Assembly (NCBI RefSeq): GCF_001194135.2
Contig: NC_068983.1
Span: 73,065,967 to 73,129,966, forward strand
Direction: 5' to 3'
From: Octopus bimaculoides
Taxonomy: Eukaryota
Length of the DNA: 64,000 bases
The stretch's first letter is position 1, and every line of letters begins with the position of its first letter. A model generated the notes under the pieces. The model was not told the origin of the DNA and did not search any database. It saw only the letters and a program-made list of their open reading frames with translations. Positions 1-13,603 of the stretch are shown one piece after another. A program made the translations under genes and the position numbers.

Positions 1-870
1 ATTATAGTACTATTAATAGTTTATCAGCACAAGAAAAATATATGAAGGGAAAAAAAAAAAATGAAAGGAAATATCAAAAAAGAAAAAAAAAAACTTATTG
101 TTTACCTTTACTTCCTTAACTGTTTCCCCCAACACTGCAGAATAATTATATTCTTTGTATATTAAAGCATGCACCAACATACACACACACCTCCCTAAAT
201 CCAAATTAGTAACACTCTGTGCAACTATATAATCATTAAGTCACAACAGACAACAGATCAAGTGTTACTTGTTTATTTGATTGATTGATTATTATTGGTA
301 GTGGTGGTGAATCTTATTTTGATACTTGCCACCAAATATACTATTCAAGCACTTCATTTGTGTACATATATCACAAAATACATAGTTGGACTGATGCTTT
401 CTTTCCTATCTCCCATCACTACTCATTAAGAGGGTTGCGATGGTGAAGCTTCATTTGAATTGTAAATTAATACATGCTGAGAGATACAAGAGCAGTTGAG
501 CAGCAGAAACTGTAGAGCGCCAAAACAAGTAGTATTTTATTACATCTCTCTTTGTTCTGAGTTCAAATTCCACCAGGTTCAACTTCGCTTTTCATTCTTC
601 AGCAAGTAGGATGTCAAATAAGTACCAGTAACATACTGAGGTTGAACCAATCAACATTTTCAAGGGAATGTGTGGCCTGGTACCAAAGTTAGAAAACCTC
701 ATTGAGAGAGGAATTCAAGGAAAGTAGAGTACCCGACTAGTTAATTAACTCAATGTTTTTAAGTCCAATCACAAGTGGGCTCATATTTTTCTTTTTTTTC
801 TTCTTTTAATCAACAATAATAATTTTTATAACCAATTGCCATCACATCACAAAAGATGTTGGCCTGGCAC

Positions 871-1064
871 CAATGTTCCCTTTAATTGTTAGTAGTCAGT
901 ATGTGCGAAAATCTTATGCTGTGCGATATTTTTTTCCTGCAAGAAAAGAATGCACACAGAATGTATAATTATAAATACATTATTTTAAGTAACTAAGCTC
1001 TTACGCACACAATCTCATGTGTGCATATTAATTTCTTTTGTGACTGGTGTACAAAAGAATAGTG
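871..1064. mobile_element. Old hAT-type MITE
   Basis: Left TIR caatgttccctttaa, decayed right end, 8-bp TSD cctggcac / tctggcac. Confidence 0.5.
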
Positions 1065-2471
1065 TCTGGCACCTTTTCAAGAGAAATCTATATGTAGTGA
1101 AAAGGCCTGGACAGGAAGCAAGTTCCAGAAATGCAGACTTAAGGTAGAAAGATTGTTCAAAGTATTTAGTGCAATATTTAGGAAGTTAAATATAAAAATG
1201 AACAACAAGACAAAGAACAAACAGTGCAACAGGTGTGTGATCAAGTGGGAGGGAGAGGGAGTAAGTATGCAAATTCAGTTGGCTGTTGTTTTTTAAGCCA
1301 AGTCAGCTACGGTCAAGCAGACCTTTGATCAAAGAGAGATCCCAGCTGTAACCATCTTCCTAAGACAGTAGTGTATGATTTGAGGGAGATTCAGCTATTA
1401 TTTCTAGCACATCAAGCAACCATTTAGATGATCTCTCATTGGCTTGTGTCAGTAACAGGTGGTGTTAGAAAGAGGACCCTTAGGGGTTGTTAGTCAGAGA
1501 TTTAGGGAATGATGAATCTGTTAAAGAGAGAGGACGGAAATAGAATTCATAATTGCTAAGTAAAGTGTGCTGTTTTAAATGTTGGTGATGCTATAGCTAT
1601 CCAAATATTGTTTTTCAATTACGAATGTGATGAAATGACTCCATAATTATCAAGCTACAAAGATGTGAAATAGTGCAAAAAGGATCACATTTAGATTTTA
1701 GGTTGTAAAGAAAACATGCAATTAGGCAATTAATTGGCACCACAAGAGAATTTAAGAAGAAGAAAAAAAAAAAAAGAGATAATTAGGAAAAAGATGTGGA
1801 TTTTCAGTAATGGTATCATGAGAGGTTTATGAAACCTAATAAAATTCAAGCCAAAGACATTAATAGATGGGAAGCTGAGAGTTAAACTCAACAAATTCAT
1901 AAGAAAAATAAGAATATTTCTTATGATGTTAAGTAGACAATAGAGAATTTGCCATCAGGATATGGTGCCTCAACATAAGGGATAGAACAACAGAAAGCCA
2001 AGGCATTTATCTCTAAATAAAGAAGATTACAACAGTAAATGAAGAGAGTATGCACAGGGAAAGTAAATTATTGAATAGTAGTTTACTGAAGGAAATAAAT
2101 TTCCACAACAGGATATGAATTCATAATCTGACATCCAAGAGTTTAACATCTACTATCCACTCAACTCTTAGTTATTATCAAGTTTGAAAGTAATAGATTT
2201 AAAACTGCTTCCCAAAACTTGTGACAAGACTTCAGCTACAGTGGTCTACACTAGCAATAAGATATTCTGGTTTCTACTTGTAATTAACAGATCTTAGGTA
2301 TGCATAGTAATAGTTAAACATGCACAGGACAATAGGAACAATATCCACCATGGAGAGTGTGAATAGGGGTGCACATAACCTGAACAGATCATTCAAAGGA
2401 ATCAGCAATCAATATTCAGACACCTTCACTATATTTCACTATCAAACAAACAAGCAAATTCCCAGCTTTAA

Positions 2472-2690
2472 CCCTTAAACATTTAAATTAGCCATAACCG
2501 GCCTAAATATTCTGCCGGTTTTATGGTCAAACTGGCCAAATCTGGCCTCTCACATATACCCTACAATGTCATTCTAAAAATAAACAATCAATCATCAAAA
2601 TCGTGAGGCTGAGAGATAATGTATGAATATTTCAAAACAATGTGAATAAATACTTATTACATTTGACAAAATAGTCTGAATGTTAAAGAG
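2472..2690. mobile_element. piggyBac-like TTAA MITE copy
   Basis: Shared interior ctggcctctcacatataccctacaatgtcattctaaaa, with ttaa-ccctt left end. Confidence 0.65.
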
Positions 2691-4325
2691 TTTAGAATTT
2701 GAAAAGTTTTCTCCAAACAAAATGACAACTACGCCACAAATGTAATTAGTAAGCAGATTCATGAGCAGCTATATTCTCATAAACTATATGAAGAGAGACT
2801 TAAATATAATAAAAATTGTTCAATATCACTCCTATTAGATATATAATTGAATGTGATTAGTATGGTTAATATGGAATTTGAAGAATTAGAGTGTCATGCA
2901 TAAGAAAAAACACTGGACGGCAGTGTTTCAAGAACTGAAAGATTAACTACACTGGTTCAGGCAGAGTTTAAAATAAAATATAATATGCAGTGGTAAAGTG
3001 GAAGGACAGGTTGAACAGCTTTGTTCAAGTGAAAGTGGAATGGACATGCACAACCATGAGGAATAGGTGAGAGAGTTTCACTGAAGAGTTTATCGATCAT
3101 TTCAGATCTGTATTAGTTTAGTAAGTGGCTTCATTTGAGATCAAGCATTCAAAGTGAATGAATTAAATTGTGGAAGAGCCATGATAGTCATTTATTTCCT
3201 ATCACAATTAGTAAACAATAATGTCATTGGTTACAAATTTCCACCTAGCCAATCACTTGCTTACTGCATTTCTGATAGTGAGTGACAAGGGAGTATCTAT
3301 AACTCCAAATAGAATATTGAAAAGGGCTTCATTCGAAGAGAATGATATACACATACATACAATATTTATGGGTGCAGGTAGAGTTATGTGATTAAGAATT
3401 TTGAAAACTACATGGCTTCATGCTCAATCCACTGCAAGGTACCTTGGTTAGTGTCTTCTATCATAGACATGAACCATTCCTAAAGACAAGCACTACCCAT
3501 CAGTCTTTAGTGAAGTCCATTTTGTTGGATGTATTTATGCCACCAGGTCTCCAGTCTGAGAATAACTTTCGCCTGCCAGTCTCTGAAACCTTCAAAAGAG
3601 CCATGGACATTGCCCTTCTAATTTATATAAGTGTATATGTGTATACAAGATGACTACAAAGTCTGGATACATAGGCGAAAATGCATATTTTCAATAGCAT
3701 TTTCAAGCTCAAATGCAATATCTCTATATTTCTGTTAATTTGAACACATTCATTTATCCAGGCTTTATGGTCAGCCTGTAAATAACATCATTATCATCAT
3801 CATTTAACATCCACTTTCCATGCTGGCATAGGTAAGAAGGTTTGACTGGAAGTTGTAAGCCAGAGAGCTGTACCAAGTTCCAGTCTGATTTGGCATGGTT
3901 TCTACGACTGAATGCCCTTCCTAATGTCAACTACTCCAAAAGTGTAGTGGGTGCCTTTTATGTGTCACAAGCATGGGTGCCTATTACATGTCATACACAT
4001 ATTCACATCACATACATGCACAAGAGGCTTTAACACAGCTTCCAGTTATAGTAGAAGACACTTACTCAAGATGCTGTGCACTGGGATATAATTCTCAACA
4101 TAGTTGAGAAACAAACTTTTTGACCACTGCACTATGCCTACACTCATTTAAAATGCACATATGATTACAGATATATATATTCACTGTTGTTTTATGTTGT
4201 GATAGTATTATACAATATAAAGTGTCAAAAAATGTCAGTACATATATACAATCGGATCCCTGACACAATTTCCACTACATTTATTTATTGATCAGATTAT
4301 TTTTGCTCATGGTTAAGAGGATTCA

Positions 4326-4475
4326 CGGTAAAGTCATCGTAGGTAAATACATTGTGGTAAATACATCACCTGTAATTTTATTGCCTGGTAAATTCACTAT
4401 AAGATAATTACATCACAACTAAGTACACTGCAAGGTAATTCTGCTACAGGTATATATATAGTAAGTAAAATTTAC
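4326..4475. repeat. Degenerate ~15-bp tandem array (ggtaaattcatc-like)
   Basis: ggtaaagtcatcgta / ggtaaatacattgt / ggtaaatacatcacc / tgtaattttattgcc / tggtaaattcactata ... Confidence 0.6.
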
Positions 4476-7400
4476 TGTCATAAATTTGAATAGCACAGTA
4501 AATATGTATTTTTTAAAAAATGGGATTTTAACTAAATTACAAACGAAAAATAATATTTTTAATAGTTACAAAAAAAGTGAAAATTTACAAACAATATTTA
4601 AGAAATTGACTCTAAACACAATTAATTTCATTAACAGAAGTTCAAATAAAGCTGACACTATATTAAATTGGCAGAAGTAAGATATCTTCTAAAAAAAAAA
4701 TTTTATGTTTAAAAGTCAATGAGTATTTTTAATTTGTGTACCTTATAACAAACTGGGGGCACCATTTTGATGACTTAATTTTTCTTAATTGCCAGGCAAA
4801 GAAATACAGGTAATAACAACTGAAATAGCTATAGTAACTGATTTAACTAAAGAAATTAGAGTTCAATAAAAGTAAACAATATTTGGATTACAAGCCATTT
4901 ATTAAGATGTGCATCATAAACACCATGTTTGGAGGCATATAAGACATTTTTTTTTTTTTAAAGTTTCAAAAAAATAATTAAGAAAAGCCATCCCAGATCC
5001 TATAGTGTGATGTTGGGTTTCCCATAAGCTTTAATGCACCAAAACCTTGTTTCCTGAATATGCACTGCTGAAATTGAGTATGTTTTTTATAACATCAAAT
5101 ATAGTATAACAGAAATGTCTGCAGTTGTATTTACTCTGGAGATAAGGAAAATGACAAATTTACCAACAATGTATTTACTCATGATGAAATTATTTTGAGT
5201 TCTATTTACTTGTAACAGAATTACCTAGTAATAAATTTATTATTTAATAAAATTACAGATTAATGTATTCACACACAATTAACTAGGCAAAAGTTAAAAG
5301 TTGTGATATCACGCTTACTGAAACAGTACTTAAATGGCAAGTATAATATTTAGGCCAACCCCCAGCTCACAGTTGAAGTTATTTTCTGCCACTAAAGAGG
5401 AAGTGAAGTCTCTGTGGTGCGGGTTTTCACAATCATGTGACTTCACATGGAAGGTAACTAGAGACGAGGAGTCCTTTGCTAGTACAACAAAAGGAAAAGG
5501 GAAGAGTTCATTTATGATAAAGGAGACTTCAAGCAGTTTTTCTTTAAAATAAGTAAAAGCTGTGAAAGACTTCATGTCAAATATTAACAGGGAGCTGGTA
5601 CCCTGTAGAAGTTCAGGGGGGTTATTTTCTAATCAATCATATGTATTCTCAAGACAGGCAATATGAAGCAAATATGTAGGAAAGAAGATGTGATATAGTA
5701 GTGATATATGAATATTGAATGAGGAGCAACTGTGAAGGCTGGAGATAGGCAACTTGAGCACAATCTGTTAGATATGTATAATGTTCATTTGCTTGAAAAG
5801 TGCAATGGAAATACTGGATGAAAAAGTACCATAAATTATCAGAGGAAAATAACAAACAGAGGAAAGGAAGACAAAGGAAGAATTAGAACGAAGTAGTGAG
5901 ATCAGATATCAGGCTAGTGGGCTTCGCAGATGAGAATACAAAAACCCAAAATCCATGACAATATGCTAATTCAAAGGCCTCTACAACATATGCCAGTATG
6001 GAAACAGCCATTAAGATGTTGATGATAAGACTATCCACAAGAGGAAAGATAAGGTAAAGGTTCTTATAGGAGGAAATGATGATTGTCCTTAAAACAAACA
6101 GGAGAAAAATTCAAATAATGATTGACAGTTGTGGTGGCATTTAGTGCCTCAGATCTGATCAAGCAAACTTATAATCAAAGGTATTCATTCTAGCCACAAC
6201 CACCCAGTCTTTTTCCTGTGCAGGGAACCCAAAGTCACATGAGCTAATCGGTCCTTTTGTAAGACTGGAGTGTGTGATTAGAAAGTAGTGTGAGATTAGA
6301 TGGCTGCTATTTGTAGCAGATCAAGCAACCATGTAGGTGCTCCCTTATTGGTTTGTTGACAGTTATGTTTGTAGCTGAACTTACTTATCTGCAACCAACC
6401 ACTTCCACTATCCTTTGTTGAATAAGAATTTTCATATTATTGTAACAAGCTATATATATATATATATATTAGACTTCTCAACAGACAATTATTATATATA
6501 TTTTCATTAAATCTCTGCCAAGATGTGTGTGAGTACACACACATGCATGCAAACAATTGTTTGTGCATGTATAAATATATATATACACATATCTACACTC
6601 ACACCCACGTACATAAAGCAGTTAAATATATGCTTAAGTACACAGAGCTACATCAGCATGTGTTCATAAACTTATTACTCACGCACATATACATAGAAAA
6701 TATACTGCCTATACACAGACATATCAGTTTCGGATAATTGATTCTAAAAGTTTTTTAAAAAAAGTGCCCTTAAGCCAAACAACATTGTGACCTACTGATG
6801 TGAAGACAGGTAAATGACTTAGAAAGGATCAAAGTACTGAGCAGCAAAATATGAACAGCAAATTTAACTGTTTTACAGACATCTGAAATAGCTTTTCAGA
6901 AGATAGTCAGAAGGGAATTTCCAAACTATAGATGGAAGGCTTAATTATATGCCACAGACCTAATTATATATGGTGTACCTATTAAAAGCATTAGATCTAA
7001 ATCAGTTTAACACCATGATTTGGGCCTTGGATGCATTCACACAGCCCACTCTCACATTTACATCAAATCTCTAGTTTAAGAACAGCTGCTTCCTACAACA
7101 GCAATCCATGTGTCCTGGTTTGCTCATCTTTTTCCCATTAGTTATGGATGTTGCTCTTCCTTCTCAAGAAGTCAAAGATTTCGATCAAATAATATATCTA
7201 ACTATTCAGGAACCTTCAAAATAAGCAACAAGGATATCCAGAGGTAATGCAGTACGATCGTTTCATGCAACTCTATTTAATTGAACAATATAATCATTAC
7301 ATCAATTTAAAATGCAGGATCCTGTTTACTTAAACTTCATCTGCTAAACTGAGTCCGATGTAACAACAAAACTAGAGAGAAAACCTAAGTAAAAGAAAAG

Positions 7401-7973
7401 TTATTTAATTTAATTTCTTCCTTACCAATCTGTCTAAAACTACTCCTGCTCCTATGGATACCAAACTAGCTACCCATCTATATTAAAATGTTTGTATCTT
7501 AAAACTTCTAGAATCCATTATTACAGACATGAAACTACTAGATTTAAACAGGTAAAAGAGCCACCATAATTTTCAGTTGGAATTTTTTATGAAGTAATGT
7601 TATAAAAACCAGCTTAATATACCAATACATAACCAATATTAATTAATCTTCTCAAATTCCTTTGAAGCATAAAGGCAATCAGTCTTGCTTAGAAATAGAG
7701 TGAAGAGTGTAAAAAAATTACGGAAAAAATCTGGGCTGGAAAGTAAAATTGTCTCCTAACAAACTATGTTATTGCTACTACAATGGTTTCTGTGCCTTGG
7801 TCCTTACCTCCACCCAACACAGCTATACTATACCTGCTCATTCCTCCCCCAAACCTCATCCCTCTGAAATTCCCTTCCCAATTGGTATTTTGTTTTTTTC
7901 TTTTTCGTTCTTTTCTTGCAGCCACTGGCTTAAAAAATATTCTAACTCAACATCTGTATTAATCTCACCAGTT

Positions 7974-8211
7974 TACTCTTTACCCTTTTACTCTTTTACT
8001 TGTTTCAGTCTTTTGACTGTGGCCATGCTGGAGCACTGCCTTTAGTCGAGCAACTCGACCCCAGGACTTATTCTTTGGAAGCCTAGTACTTATTTTATCG
8101 GTCTCTTTTGCCGAACCGCTAAGTTACGGGGACGTAAACACACCAGCATCAGTTGTCAAGCGATGTTGGAGGGACAAACACTGACACGCAAACATATACA
8201 CACATACATAC

Positions 8212-8245
<34 letters not shown>

Positions 8246-8509
8246 GTATANNNNNNNNNNNNNNNNNNNNNNNNNNNNNNNNNNNNNNNNNNNNNNNNNN
8301 NNNNNNNNNNTATATATACATATATATATATATATATACATATATACGACAGGCTTCTTTCAGTTTCCATCTACCAAATCCACTCACAAGGCTTTGGTCG
8401 GCCCGAGGCTATAGTAGAAGACACTTGCCCAAGATGCCACGCAGTGGGACTGAAACCGGAACCATGTGGTTGGTAAGCAAGCTACTTACCACACAGCCAC
8501 TCCTATGCC
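7974..8509 (-). mobile_element. tRNA-derived SINE family A, near full length, young
   Basis: The minus strand has a tRNA-like head (ggagtggctgtgtggtaagtagcttgcttaccaaccacatggttccggtttcagtcccactgcgtggca, A/B-box like), an internal (TA)n/(CA)n tract and a (gagtaaaa)n tail. CpGs are retained. Confidence 0.9.
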
Positions 8510-9229
8510 AAAGAAACTGCAGCAGAAAGCCATGAGCATTGCTTTTCCTAACTAAACTATAAAAGTATTTATTTTGCAAATAAAAAAAAAACATAAGCAT
8601 TAAAAAACAAAAAAAAAGCCCAATAGATATGGATGGTTAATCGAGTTGATGGTACATGGTGAAAGGCAATTTCTTTGTCAGAAGTAGAGGGGGAAAGACA
8701 TCCTGTAATTGATTGGATCATAAATATTCCAGCATTCAGGGTGAGCCAGACAAGAGATTAAAGAGTCATTGGAAAAATAAATAAAATAACACTTGAGACA
8801 TCAGGATTCTCATCCTGTCTTCATTTCGAGCTAGCAGTTGTTGTTAACACTAAACCCTCAGACCTTCCTCGTAGGGTTTTATTTTCACTCTCGCCATTAC
8901 AACAACTACCATTGTCTTTCCTATACCACAAGTGTTTATGTACATGTATACAAGTCATACACTTAAACAAATAAAATGGAGAATTAAAAGCTATTAGGTA
9001 GACAATTATGTCATGAACTGTATCTCTCATACACACACAGATCTTCAAATTAGAATTCAGCTAATTGTCTGATATATATTGCCATAGATACTGAGGGTAA
9101 TGAAGGAGCTAAACACTAAATTGAAAACAATACAATAAAACATGATTATTTTACAAGCTGAAGCACTTCACACTTCCTCAAGTTCAAAAATAGTTTCACT
9201 ATGAGCAAAAAGCACACACACATGTATAT

Positions 9230-9283
<54 letters not shown>

Positions 9284-9554
9284 GAAAACACAAACACACA
9301 TTTTACATCCATTTGTCTATGATTACATTGATAGGATGGGTTATTTACTTGTTTGTTTTTTTTAGCAATTACTTTTATAACCGGATGCTAGCAGAGGTAC
9401 AACAGAGTGACCATAGTTATGTGGAACTCTTGGTTACATATGTGCTTAGTAGTCTAGCAACAAATTAACTTCAGCCATCATTGCATCTAATCATTATGGT
9501 GCACTTTGTAATTATCCGCCACATAAAATATATATATATATATAGAGGAATGAA

Positions 9555-9915
9555 TGTAAGGTAAGAAGTTTGTTTTCCAACCTCACGGTTCTGGGTTCAG
9601 TCCCAAAATGTGACAAGTGTCTTCTATTGTAGGCTTGGGTCAACCAAAGTGGATTTGGCAGACAGAAACCAAAAGAAGCCTTTTGTGTGTGTGCATGCGT
9701 GTGCGCACACACACATGCCTGTATTTGTCCCTCACCACTGCTTGACAACAAGGACAGGTGTGTTTACATACCTACAACTTGGCAGTTTGGCAAAAGAAAA
9801 GAATAAGTACCAGACTTTAAAAGATATAAGTACTGCAGTCTATTCATTTTCACTAAAATTCAAGGCAGGTGCGCTTGCATGGCCACAGTCATTAGACTGA
9901 AACAGGTAAAAGATA
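9555..9915 (+). mobile_element. SINE family A copy (older)
   Basis: ggtaagaagtttgttttccaacctcacggttctgggttcagtccc...gactgaaacaggtaaaaga. Confidence 0.8.
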
Positions 9916-12900
9916 AAAGAACCCGTGTGGTGCCATGTAAAAGCATCCAGCACACTCTGTAAGGTGATTAGCATTAGGTAGAGCATCTAGCCATAGAAAC
10001 CATGCCAAAACAGATTAGAGTGTAGCTACCCAGCTTCGGTTACACTGTCCAACCCATGCCAGCATGGACAACGGATGTTAAATGATGATGATGATGATGA
10101 TATATACAGACATGACACAATCTTCCATCTTGTTTGATGATGTTGAACCAACCAACCCAACCATTTTAATTCAGTATAAAAACTGAACATTTGTATTAGA
10201 ATTCCAACTTTTAGAGGTACTACCACCATTGTAGCATAAAAATGTGTACTTTTATATTATCCAATATAGCAGAGTTGTTATATTTTGGGCACATCCACTA
10301 TTCAGGGCTAATATCAAATGTACTCAGTCCTTAAAATATACTTCAGGACTTCCATCATAGTTTAACTTTGAGCACCCAACATCTTTCACCTCACTATACC
10401 AAGTACTAAGGACAATGGTGATATTTCCTGATGCTTATTTTCTTGGATTTGTTTTACAAGAAATTGTCATTCTTTTAAGTAGAATTTTAGTAAAGATAAT
10501 TATTTTAAAAAATTTTAGCAGACATGATAAATAAATTGAAATATTCTATTTCTTCTTAAAGAAAATGAAACATTAACCTGATTAGCAATTCAGTTTCAAA
10601 TTTTGAGCTTCGTCACAATACCTCATATAATTATTAACAAGTCAGAAGTGAAGTAGACTAATGGAATCCTGTATGATTCATTCAAGTCTACTAAAAATTC
10701 TGAAAATGTTTCTGTAGCTACTAACCAAATGAAGGTTAGGTCATTATAAGCCTATGAATGCATCAGTAAATATTTAGAAGATTATGAAACAAAACTACTT
10801 TACAGCAGAGGATAATGGAAAATTAATCTTCCAACAAGATTTGAGAAAAATAAGTTATTTGCTACGAAATTTTCACTGAAAGAAAGATGTTTCTTCAATC
10901 CAAAAATGAACTCAAAATTTTCTATAGTTTTAAGAAGTGAGGATTAAAAATGACCAAGTACATATGATTTATAGTATTGCTAATGATATTTTATAATAAA
11001 CTTGTCAACAAAATGCTTAAATTATTCCATACAAAAATTACCCCCGCCCTACTAGCATAAAACTCTTCATGAAATGACCAATGACATTACATCATCATCA
11101 TGTCCATTGTCCTAAAAAAAAAAAAAGTGCAACTCATAATTTGAAACAAAAGACTGGCAGAATTGTTAGAACATAAAAAAAAATGTCGTAACGTATAGTT
11201 CAATTCTCAGTTCAAATCCAGCCATGCTCAGCTTCACCTTTCATCTTTCCTTGAGAGCTACTAAAAGTACCAGTTCAATACTGAGATTGATGCCATCAGC
11301 TATACTTCCCTAAGATGGGGTCATGAGCCCGTGTACGATCAGATATCATTACTACAATGTAGCAGCCATAAACAAACCAAGAAATAATCATTAATTCTAC
11401 AAAGAATCAAGCTCACAAATCAAATGACTTCTAAAAACAGAAAAAAAAAGTCTTTAAACTTTTATGCATAATAGTCAGATTCACAATGCAAGAAGGCACT
11501 AAACAGATGTAACAGAAAATACATTTTTCATATCATAATTGAAAAAAAGAATTTAAAATACATTTTCAATTGCCCGGATCTTAGTAATTTCTTTATTTCA
11601 CACACTACTTAGTCTAGCAGTTTTACTAAGCATGATATGTCATATATATAAATAAGCTAAATAGCTAACCTCTGAATGAAGTAATTAACACCTACTATCT
11701 CACAAACAGTGGTTACATCTACATTTAAGTAACAAACCTGTATACTAAGCAGTTAGTTCTATAGCTTCTTAGGTGTCTCGAGAGCTTTGAGAGATGTATG
11801 CGTGTGTGCCTAGACTCTTCATAGAAGGTTTCTCTATGTGAAGTTCATGATGAGTCTAAAACTCTCCACAACTGCTGTCAGGATACATGTGACTTAATAT
11901 AGAATCATGACAGAGGATGATGAGTTACACACTTAACAACATAAAAAACAGATGGCAACAACACTTTCAGCTTACTCTTTGCAAAAAAAAAATAAATAAA
12001 TAAAATGGAATTGCCAGCTATAATTCTGTACAATAAACTCCATTTAATAGCAAATTTGATTTGCTAACAACACTCTTCTGGATTTTATGCAGTCAATAGT
12101 TTGCCACTAAAGCTTCTACTGTATGATGTAATCATAGAAAGCACTTGATAATCACCAAACTGACAATGTTTGTTCATTAGTAAGACACACCATTTATAAC
12201 TTATCGTTCTAAACATTTTCCCCATTTCTCATAACTGGGTCACTTTTTATTTTTCCTAGATCAAAACTTAAAGCAGAATATTTATAAAAAAAGGTATTTA
12301 CCTTCCCCAAAATCAAATCTCCCAAGATATTTTGTAATTGGAAGTGAGGTTAGCATTGTTTTGCTTTGTGTTTTTGTTTCGTTTTTTAACTTTTAATTTT
12401 TCCCATTTTATTAAAGCCTGAGAAGATGATATGAATTCATCTATTTTTATTAGTTACTGTCACAAAAAAATTTCAAAACAGCACCCCTTTAATTCCATCT
12501 GCCCCGGTAGCACCATTTTTCTCTTTTGTTTCAAATAAAATTAACTAAAATAAGCAAAATATAAAAACTGGGGTTGAAAAGCACCAATCAAATTACTGAA
12601 ATGGAATGAATGAATTGGCTAATTAGAACTTTAAAAAATTCCAGAACATACAGGAGACTAAAATTTGAATCAATACTCCATCTTAAAATATTTAGAACTA
12701 TACTATTTTTGTTCTTCCAATTCAGTTGTTAAAGTAGAAATAAAAAAAAAAAATCAATATGTATTAACAGATAGGTGTTGTTAAACACTAAAAAAATCAG
12801 AAAGAAGTTTTCCTAGCAATTAACTTACTACTGTCACAACTACCAATAAATAGTCTTAAATATTAAGGGACAGTAAAGTTCCAGTTATGCCACTGTCTTA

Positions 12901-13398
12901 ATGGGAGAATGCTAGACATCTAAACTCTACTTCACTAAAAGCAATGTTCTAATCACAGTCTCATAATACCAACAGAAGCAATATAAAAGAGGAAAAGAAA
13001 AAAAAAATCAAATATATTAACTACAAGATTAGCAATTAAGTGTAAATTTTTGACCTGTACTGTAAATGTTAGGGGGAAATCCTAGCCATGTTAATAAAAG
13101 ATTCATCTAAAAGGTTTTCAGGTCATAACCTGAATTAGATTTTAATGTTATCTGTCAGAATAATATATTCATAAATGAGTTTGGAACACCAGTTAATACT
13201 CCCTCTCACAGATGTTACACGATTACTGAGCTTAAGCCGATGAAGAATTCAATGAAATGAGTCAAAAATAGAAAAAAATTCAAATGCTGAATGAAATATT
13301 GTGATAATCACCTGAAGGAGAAAAATAGGGAGGTGGGGGTGGGGGTGTTAAAAAATAAACAAACACACTATAGGACATCTGAATGATTACTATATTAA

Positions 13399-13603
13399 CT
13401 TTTACTGTTAAACGCAATGCTTATTTATTCACATTGTTTTGAATTAATCATGAATTATTTTGCACCTTCAAGATTTTGATGGTGTGGTAGTTTATCTTTA
13501 GAATGACATTGTAGGGTAGCTGTGAGAGGTCTGATCTGGCCAGGTTGAACATAAAATAGATACAATATTTTAGCCACCTATGACCAATTTAAATGTTACA
13601 GGG
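13399..13603. mobile_element. piggyBac-like TTAA MITE copy (inverted relative to 2472)
   Basis: tagaatgacattgtagggtag...tgagagg interior, ending gggttaa. Confidence 0.65.

Noticed and set aside
1480-5900. Purine-rich stretches that look like decayed coding sequence (1480-2400, 5330-5900)
   Set aside because: Probably old retroelement debris, but I could not identify any diagnostic motif.
11091-11111. Apparent 21-nt minus-strand microexon (t13ag|GACAATGGACATGATGATGAT|gtaatg; DNGHDDD)
   Set aside because: The sequence equals the RTE/SINE tail (ggacaatggac..gatgatgat) seen at 53755-53790. It would also be out of phase after Arp3's phase-2 exon 1. Only junction reads could rescue it.
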